Positions 58,249 through 64,000 of a DNA stretch of 64,000 nucleotides are shown here, one piece after another. The notes beneath the pieces were generated by a model that searched no databases, had not been told where the DNA came from, and saw only the letters and a list, made by a program, of their open reading frames with translations. The stretch's first letter is position 1; each line of letters starts with the position of its first letter. Made by a program: the position numbers and the translations under genes. The stretch is from NCBI GenBank assembly GCA_900551295.1, contig URVJ01000003.1, positions 68,593-132,592 of the forward strand, in the 5' to 3' direction. This DNA is from an uncultured Eubacteriales bacterium (GTDB lineage: Bacteria > Bacillota > Clostridia > Oscillospirales > CAG-382).

Positions 58249-58569
58249 TTATTCGTCGCCTTCGGGAGCGTTTTCGCAGCCCTCGCAGTCGTCTGCTTCA
58301 CAGCCGTAGCACTCGTCGTACTCGTCATCGTCTTCGTCGTCATAATCGAGATCGTAAACCTCGGATTCAACGTCGCCGAGATCGCTGTCAAGCTCGTCTG
58401 CATACTCATACAGCGAATCTACATCGTCGTAAAGAGTATCAAGCTCTGCGCTTATGTCGCCGAGAACGTCAATGATGCCCGAAATGAGCTTTCCCTCGTT
58501 AGTCTCGGTGTCAAACTTCATGCCTTCCATAAGTCCCTGGAGTCGAGCTACTTTTTCCTTGATTTCCAT
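58249..58569 (-). CDS. Highly acidic small protein resembling the CD1247 N-terminal domain family
   Basis: KVARLQGLMEGMKFDTETNEGKLISGIIDVLGDIS followed by a D/E-rich tail with a CYGC..C..C cluster. Family name is from memory. Confidence 0.45.
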   Translation of the reverse strand: MEIKEKVARLQGLMEGMKFDTETNEGKLISGIIDVLGDISAELDTLYDDVDSLYEYADELDSDLGDVESEVYDLDYDDEDDDEYDECYGCEADDCEGCENAPEGDE

Positions 58570-58679
58570 AAATTACACCTCACAAATCTCTGCGCCGCAT
58601 ATAAAGAGCGGCAATTTGTTTAATCGGTTTTTAAGTCAAATCCCAACAGCCGCGAAAATACACGGCATACGGAAAAAAC

Positions 58680-59237
58680 TTACGCTCTTTCGAGATATTC
58701 ACCGGTTCTTGTATCAATCTTGAGCTTGTCGCCGATATTGATAAAGAGCGGAACCTTGATCTGTGCGCCGGTCTCAAGCGTTGCGGGCTTGGATGCACCG
58801 GTAGCGGTATCGCCCTTGAAGCCGGGCTCTGTTTCGGTTACCTCGAGTTCTACGAACATGGGAGGTTCAACCGCAATTACGTTATCCTTATAGGAAACTA
58901 TCTTGCACATCATTTCCTCTTTGACAAACTTGAAGTTGTCGCCGAGCTTATCCTTGTTGATGGGAAGCTGTTCGTAAGTCTCCATGTCCATGAAGTAGTA
59001 AAGATCTCCGTCGTTGTAAAGATACTGCATATCCTTTCTTTCAACGTGAGCCGTCGGATATTTGTCCGTAGGGTTGAAAGTCTTTTCAACAACAGCACCG
59101 GTAATGACATTGCGGAGCTTTGTTCTTACGAAAGCCGCGCCTTTTCCGGGTTTTACGTGCTGGAACTCGATTATCTGCATAACGCTGCCGTCCATATCGA
59201 ACGTAACGCCGTTTCTGAAATCGCCTGCTGTTACCAT
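58680..59237 (-). CDS. efp: Translation elongation factor P
   Basis: FRNGVTF...[19 protein letters not shown], with the conserved KPGKG loop. Start after GGAGGA. Confidence 0.95.
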   Translation of the reverse strand: MVTAGDFRNGVTFDMDGSVMQIIEFQHVKPGKGAAFVRTKLRNVITGAVVEKTFNPTDKYPTAHVERKDMQYLYNDGDLYYFMDMETYEQLPINKDKLGDNFKFVKEEMMCKIVSYKDNVIAVEPPMFVELEVTETEPGFKGDTATGASKPATLETGAQIKVPLFINIGDKLKIDTRTGEYLERA

Positions 59238-59293
59238 TTGATAAATCCTCCAAATACAACATTGCACCTGTCTGTGCAAATTATTTCTAAGTT

Positions 59294-59322
59294 ATTATAC
59301 CACAGTACCGCGCACATTTCAA
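59294..59322 (-). promoter_or_regulatory. efp promoter
   Basis: Minus strand reads TTGAAA, 17-nt spacer, TGgTATAAT. Confidence 0.55.
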
Positions 59323-59352
59323 GTGGTTTTTACAAAAAAGTGCGTCTTTTGC

Positions 59353-60441
59353 TCAAATCTCGGTAAAAGTTTTATGACTGTGCGTAAGATCCGTGCAGCC
59401 GTCGTCAGTGAGATAAACGATATCTTCGATTCTCACGCCATATTTTCCGGGAATATAAATTCCGGGTTCAACGCTTACCACCGCACCCGACGGCACGGCT
59501 GTCTTATCCGACGGAGAAAAGCATGGCCTTTCATGTATTTCAAGTCCGAGGCTGTGTCCGAGACTGTGACCGAACGTACCTTTATATCCTGCGCCGTCGA
59601 TGACGCTTCTTGCAAATCCGTCCGCAACGTTTCCGGCTATTCCGCCGCTTATTTGTTCAAGCGCACATTTCTGCGCTTTAAGCACGGTATCGTAGACGCG
59701 TTTCATTTCTTCGTCCGCTTTGCCTATGCAGACGGTTCTTGTCATATCCGAGCAATATCCGCCGTATCTTGCGCCGAAATCCATTGTAAGAAATCCCTTT
59801 TGCAGCGGAATATTTTCCGGCACTCCGTGCGGCAGCGAGCTTTTATGTCCCGACACGCTTATTGTATCAAACGCGACGCCCTCCGAGCCGTTTTTGCGCA
59901 TAAAAAATTCAAGCTCAAGCGAAACGTCCTTTTCGGTAAAACCGGGTTTGCCCGCATTATCCGAAAGCACTGTGAGTATATGCGTAAAGGCTTTGTCGGT
60001 AATACTCTGCGCCTTTTTAATATTTTCAAGCTCATACTCGTCTTTTCTCGCCCTGAGCGTGCTTATTATCTGCGAACCGGAATAAAAATTTGCCGTCGGC
60101 ATGAATTTTCTGAACGTCGTAAGCTCTTTTACGCTGACGTACGCGTCCTCAAACAGCACTTTTTTATCCTTGCCGATAATTTCGGAGATCTGTTCGAGCG
60201 GACTTCTCTGCTGTTCGGTTATGCATATGCTTTGGTCGATTATTCCGTTTTTCTGCGCAGTCTGAGCTGCCTCGATATAACGGAAATCCGTGATAAACGT
60301 AATTTTGCCGTCATTTATGACAACAAATCCGTCTGAAGTCTCAAAATTTGTCACGTATCTTCTGTTGACGGGAGAACAGATGAGAAATGCGTCCGCCTTT
60401 TCGCCAGTCTGCCTTACAAGTTCTTTTATATTTTCACGCAT
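59353..60441 (-). CDS. Xaa-Pro aminopeptidase (M24B family)
   Basis: Creatinase-like N-domain, DFGARYGGYCSD, HSLGHSLGLEIHE and GIYIPGKYGVRIED motifs. Confidence 0.85.
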   Translation of the reverse strand: MRENIKELVRQTGEKADAFLICSPVNRRYVTNFETSDGFVVINDGKITFITDFRYIEAAQTAQKNGIIDQSICITEQQRSPLEQISEIIGKDKKVLFEDAYVSVKELTTFRKFMPTANFYSGSQIISTLRARKDEYELENIKKAQSITDKAFTHILTVLSDNAGKPGFTEKDVSLELEFFMRKNGSEGVAFDTISVSGHKSSLPHGVPENIPLQKGFLTMDFGARYGGYCSDMTRTVCIGKADEEMKRVYDTVLKAQKCALEQISGGIAGNVADGFARSVIDGAGYKGTFGHSLGHSLGLEIHERPCFSPSDKTAVPSGAVVSVEPGIYIPGKYGVRIEDIVYLTDDGCTDLTHSHKTFTEI

Positions 60442-61309
60442 TTTGGTTTCCTCCGAAAAGACCGGTATAATAATTCTTCATTTGCAGCGCGTCCTCTGCC
60501 ATCGTGCCGTCGGACTCACAAATTATCGTCGGAGTTACGCCGAGCGAGAATATCGCCTGCATAAGCGGTTCAAATTCGGGTCCGAACTGCGTATCTTCAA
60601 ATGTAAGATGCTTTTTTTCGCCGCCCTTTGTATACTCTATTTTGGAAAAATGGCAGTGAAGATTCTGCGCGGCGTCCGGACTTACGCCTTCCGCAATCTT
60701 ATCGAAAACTCTCTTATAATCGTCCGCCGTTACAAACACTCCGCCAAGCTCTCTTGCGTTCATATGTCCGAAATCGACGACCGGAACGACGGTCTTATCG
60801 ACCGAGCACATATCTATTACCTCGTCGAGCGTTCCGAACTGATTAATTTTACCCATGGTCTCTATTCCGAGCTTAAAGCCGTAGAGATTATTTTCCGCAA
60901 GTCTTTCTATCGCATATGCAAGCGCAGGTTTTGCAAGTCTTGCCGCCTCGTCTCTCCCGATCTTTGCGCAGGAACCTGCGTGTATGACTATCGTTTCTCC
61001 GCCCATGGCTTTAAGAGCTGCAGCGCTGTCAAGAATATACTTCGAGCTGTTCTTTCTCTTTTCTTCCTCGACGGACGAAAGCGATATAAAATACGGTGCG
61101 TGTATCGACAGCTTTATACCTGCATTTTTTGCATTTTCTCCGATAAGAGCGAAAGTCTCGGGTTTTCCGGAAACACCTCTGCCGGCTTCGTATTCATATG
61201 CGTCAAGTCCGAACTGTTTTACCCATTCGGGAGCCTCCGCCGTACTCTTTTTACCGTCGGCAAAAAAACTGAGCGAGTTTCCGCCCGGACCGAAAAGCGC
61301 TTTTGACAT
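60434..61309 (-). CDS. AP-endonuclease-2 / xylose-isomerase-like TIM-barrel protein (endonuclease IV-like)
   Basis: IHAPYFISL, IVIHAGS, LGIETMG, VDFGHMNA and HCHFSKIEY metal-ligand-like motifs. Start at MSKALF after AAGGAGG. Confidence 0.6.
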   Translation of the reverse strand: MSKALFGPGGNSLSFFADGKKSTAEAPEWVKQFGLDAYEYEAGRGVSGKPETFALIGENAKNAGIKLSIHAPYFISLSSVEEEKRKNSSKYILDSAAALKAMGGETIVIHAGSCAKIGRDEAARLAKPALAYAIERLAENNLYGFKLGIETMGKINQFGTLDEVIDMCSVDKTVVPVVDFGHMNARELGGVFVTADDYKRVFDKIAEGVSPDAAQNLHCHFSKIEYTKGGEKKHLTFEDTQFGPEFEPLMQAIFSLGVTPTIICESDGTMAEDALQMKNYYTGLFGGNQNA

Positions 61310-61391
61310 TGTTAACGCCTCCTTAAAAACAAATCCGAAGAATGCGACGTTTAAAATCGACACTCTCCGGACCGGTATTACTTAATTAAAA

Positions 61392-63488
61392 TTATTCTGC
61401 GTCGGTGTTTTCAGCTGTTTCTTCGGTTTCTGTGCCGTAATCAGCTTCATCTGCCGGCTCGAGAAGTGCTCTCATTGAAAGGCTTACGCGCTTTGCGTCA
61501 AAGTCGATAGCCGTAATCATTACCTTTACAACGTCGCCTACTGCGAGAACGTCTGCGGGCTTTGCAATTCTCTGATTGGAAATCTGGGAAAGATGGATAA
61601 GACCGTCGATACCCGGAATTACTTCGGCAAATGCACCGAAAGGAGTGAGGCTGACGATCTTTACGTCAACTACATCGCCTTCATGGTAGTTATTTGCAAG
61701 TATTGTCCACGGGTTTTCAGCCTCTACCTTATATCCGAGAGAAATTCTCTTCTTCTCGGGATCGAGTGCCTTGATGAATACGTCTATCTCATCGCCTACG
61801 TTTACAACTTCGCTCGGATTCTTGATTCTCTTCCAGCTGAGTTCCGATACGTGAACCATACCGTCAACGGGACCGAGATCTACGAATGCGCCGTAGTTGG
61901 TTATGGACTTAACCTTACCGGTGAACTTCTGTCCTACTTCGGCAGTCTCCCAGAACTTAGCCTCGCCTGCTGCCTTTTCCTCGCGTACAACCGCTCTCAT
62001 GGAGGCAACCGCACGCTTTCTCTGCTTATTGGTGCTGATTATCTTGAATCTTACGTTCTGTCCCATGAAAGGCTGAAGATCCTTCTCCTCGTAAGGAGTT
62101 TCGCTTCTCGGAAGAGTTGTCTGAGAAGTGGGGATAAATACTCTGCCGTACTGACATACGGCAACAAGTCCGCCGCGGGTTACTTCGATTATCTTACCGT
62201 CGATAACTTCGCCGCTTGCCTCTGCCTCTTCAAATGCGATCCAGTTCTTGTCTGCGTCGATTCTCTTCTTTGAAAGAAGAACCGTGCCTTCTGCGTCGTT
62301 GAACTTTTCAACGATAACTTCGATTTCATCTCCGACCTTTACGAGATCTTCCATTTTTGCGCTCGGATCGTCGGTCATTTCGGAAAAGGGTACGATACCT
62401 GTGTACTTTATTCCAAGGTCAACATGTACTTCGTTTGAAGTAACTCTCGTTACGATACCCTTTACTCTTTCGCCCGGTCTGTACATTGTAAAGGACGCGT
62501 CGAGCATCTCCTCAAAGCTCATGTTGTCGTTAAGTTCTGTGTTCTGCATTTTTGTTGTTTCATCAGAATTGATTATTTCACTCATTCTGACTTTTACCTC
62601 CTCTAATATATCATCGGGTGTTGATGCACCCGCTGTTATCCCTACGGTGAATACCGCGTTTTTGCCCGGCTTGAACGTTTCAAACAAAGCCCTTATCTCC
62701 TTTGACGGGAGTTCGTCCGCCTGTTCCGCAAGATACGTATGCTTACACTTTGACGACGCTATTTCATACAGCTTTTTTGTATTGGAGCTGTGCTTTCCGC
62801 CGACCACAAGCATAAGGTCGCATTTTTCCGACAGACTGACGACTTCATTCTGGCGTTTTTCCGTAACATTACATATTGTATCAAAAATTTTTGCCTTTGT
62901 ATATAGTTTTCTTATAAAATTTTGACAATTTACATTTTTTTCATTATTGTATGTGGTTTGCGACGTTAAAAGAATACAATCTTCACGATTAGTTAATTTA
63001 TTATTAACAAGTTCGGTCAGTTCTTCAATTCCGCTGCAAACATACGCGTCGGTATGCGAATAGCTCATGATACCTGCGACTTCGGGGTGATTTTTATCGC
63101 CCATTATCACGACGGCTTTCGCGTCCTTTGAATTTTCATCGACAATACCGTGTATTCTGTCAACGAACGGACAGGTTGCGTCGATATAGCAAAAACCGTT
63201 CTTATCGAGAAATTCCTTAACGCTCTTTTTTATTCCGTGCGTACGCACGACAAGCACAACGTCGTCTTTCTGTCCGGCAAGGCTTTCAAGATCGCTTTCC
63301 TCAATCACGAAAATATTATCTTTTTCGAGCCGCTTTACAAAGATTCCGTTATGTATAAGCTCGCCTATGGTATATATCTTTTTATCGGTAGTTTTTCTGA
63401 GTTCCGTCAACATATTGACGGCGCGTCTTACTCCGAAACAGAATCCCGAATTTTCGGCGCAGATTATTTCAAACTTCTTATCTGCCAT
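61392..63488 (-). CDS. ispH: Bifunctional 4-hydroxy-3-methylbut-2-enyl diphosphate reductase / ribosomal protein S1-like
   Basis: N-terminal IspH (GFCFGVRRAV, DATCPFV, HSSNT) followed by four S1 domains. This fusion is common in Clostridia. Confidence 0.9.
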   Translation of the reverse strand: MADKKFEIICAENSGFCFGVRRAVNMLTELRKTTDKKIYTIGELIHNGIFVKRLEKDNIFVIEESDLESLAGQKDDVVLVVRTHGIKKSVKEFLDKNGFCYIDATCPFVDRIHGIVDENSKDAKAVVIMGDKNHPEVAGIMSYSHTDAYVCSGIEELTELVNNKLTNREDCILLTSQTTYNNEKNVNCQNFIRKLYTKAKIFDTICNVTEKRQNEVVSLSEKCDLMLVVGGKHSSNTKKLYEIASSKCKHTYLAEQADELPSKEIRALFETFKPGKNAVFTVGITAGASTPDDILEEVKVRMSEIINSDETTKMQNTELNDNMSFEEMLDASFTMYRPGERVKGIVTRVTSNEVHVDLGIKYTGIVPFSEMTDDPSAKMEDLVKVGDEIEVIVEKFNDAEGTVLLSKKRIDADKNWIAFEEAEASGEVIDGKIIEVTRGGLVAVCQYGRVFIPTSQTTLPRSETPYEEKDLQPFMGQNVRFKIISTNKQRKRAVASMRAVVREEKAAGEAKFWETAEVGQKFTGKVKSITNYGAFVDLGPVDGMVHVSELSWKRIKNPSEVVNVGDEIDVFIKALDPEKKRISLGYKVEAENPWTILANNYHEGDVVDVKIVSLTPFGAFAEVIPGIDGLIHLSQISNQRIAKPADVLAVGDVVKVMITAIDFDAKRVSLSMRALLEPADEADYGTETEETAENTDAE

Positions 63489-64000
63489 ATTCACCGTTTT
63501 CGGCGCGTTTGAGCATTGAGCATATATCTGCAAAGATCTCCTCGCTTACGCGCTGATACTCCTCTCTGCTGTTATCCGCAAAGTTATAATACTCGCGCGC
63601 CTTTGGTTCGCCGATTATTACGAACACGCGGCTGAAAAGCTTTATCTTATAATTCTTTGTATACATAGCCACGGGGAGAATTTTTCCTCCCGAATGGTTA
63701 AGCAGCATTGCAACGCCTGTCTTGACCTCTGTCGTCGCCGGATCCACGCCGGGACACCTTGTACCCTGCGGATAAAGGCAGATATTATTTCCGTCCTTTA
63801 TAAGCCCGAGAGTCATTTTTATTGCTGCAATATCGCTTGTTCCGCGTTTTATCGGGAAAACTCCGAGTGCTTTCAGAAGTCCGCGGAGAACGGGTATTTT
63901 AAAAAGTTCGTCCTTTGCCATAAAGCTCACCGAGCATTTCAGCGAACAGGCAAGGATTACCGGATCCCAGTTAGACATATGGTTTGCGCAGATTATGCCC
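63478..64000 (-). CDS. 1-acyl-sn-glycerol-3-phosphate acyltransferase family protein; the 5' end runs off the window
   Basis: HXXXXD motif NHMSNWD near the window edge, followed by FPIKRG and YPQGTR. The frame stays open to nt 64000. Confidence 0.8.
   Translation of the reverse strand, partial: GIICANHMSNWDPVILACSLKCSVSFMAKDELFKIPVLRGLLKALGVFPIKRGTSDIAAIKMTLGLIKDGNNICLYPQGTRCPGVDPATTEVKTGVAMLLNHSGGKILPVAMYTKNYKIKLFSRVFVIIGEPKAREYYNFADNSREEYQRVSEEIFADICSMLKRAENGEYGR

Noticed and set aside
61392-63488. IspH fused to four S1 domains as a possible novel fusion.
   Set aside because: To my knowledge this bifunctional ispH/rpsA architecture is widespread and already annotated in Clostridia, so it is not novel.
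1-64000. Scan for CRISPR arrays, tandem repeat arrays, rRNA, integrases or transposases, toxin-antitoxin pairs and known defence genes.
   Set aside because: None was seen. The only repeats are the three MITE-like copies, the 21-nt hairpin pair and a few short duplications reported above.

Overview
This window looks like a core chromosomal segment from a Gram-positive, Clostridia-type genome. Supporting signs are GGAGG-type ribosome-binding sites, sporulation-type PdaA deacetylases, the DapL route to diaminopimelate, and an IspH-S1 fusion. About 57 protein genes are densely packed. They include rpsB-tsf, yajC, uxuA, mnmA, tRNA-Ser(GGA) and wecB. A complete arginine cluster (argG, argH, argC-argJ-argB-argD-argF) is followed by purA, carA, a carB ORF fused in frame to dapF, and dapL. 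Also present are a liv-type ABC importer with asnS appended, two MATE exporters, a heterodimeric ABC exporter with a divergent LysR regulator, nagB, clpB, efp, a pepP-like peptidase and ispH/rpsA. I found no transposase, integrase, CRISPR array, prophage or recognisable defence genes. Six things are not explained by routine annotation. (1) A roughly 220-nt structured RNA at 32151-32375 on the minus strand has its own extended -10 promoter and an intrinsic terminator. It sits upstream of an uncharacterised membrane protein and could be an orphan riboswitch-like leader or an sRNA. (2) A single 1353-aa CarB-DapF ORF. (3) A family of three small MITE-like intergenic repeats bounded by terminal inverted repeats (15423-15654, 22474-22641, 56266-56421). 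(4) Two decayed loci: an AraC regulator frameshifted in a homopolymer and fused to the C-terminal half of a glycoside hydrolase, and tandem GGDEF remnants. (5) A MATE promoter with MerR-type geometry, meaning a 19-bp spacer carrying a dyad. (6) A ribbon-helix-helix protein gene directly upstream of clpB. All functional calls come from reading the translations and recalling family motifs. No database search was run.
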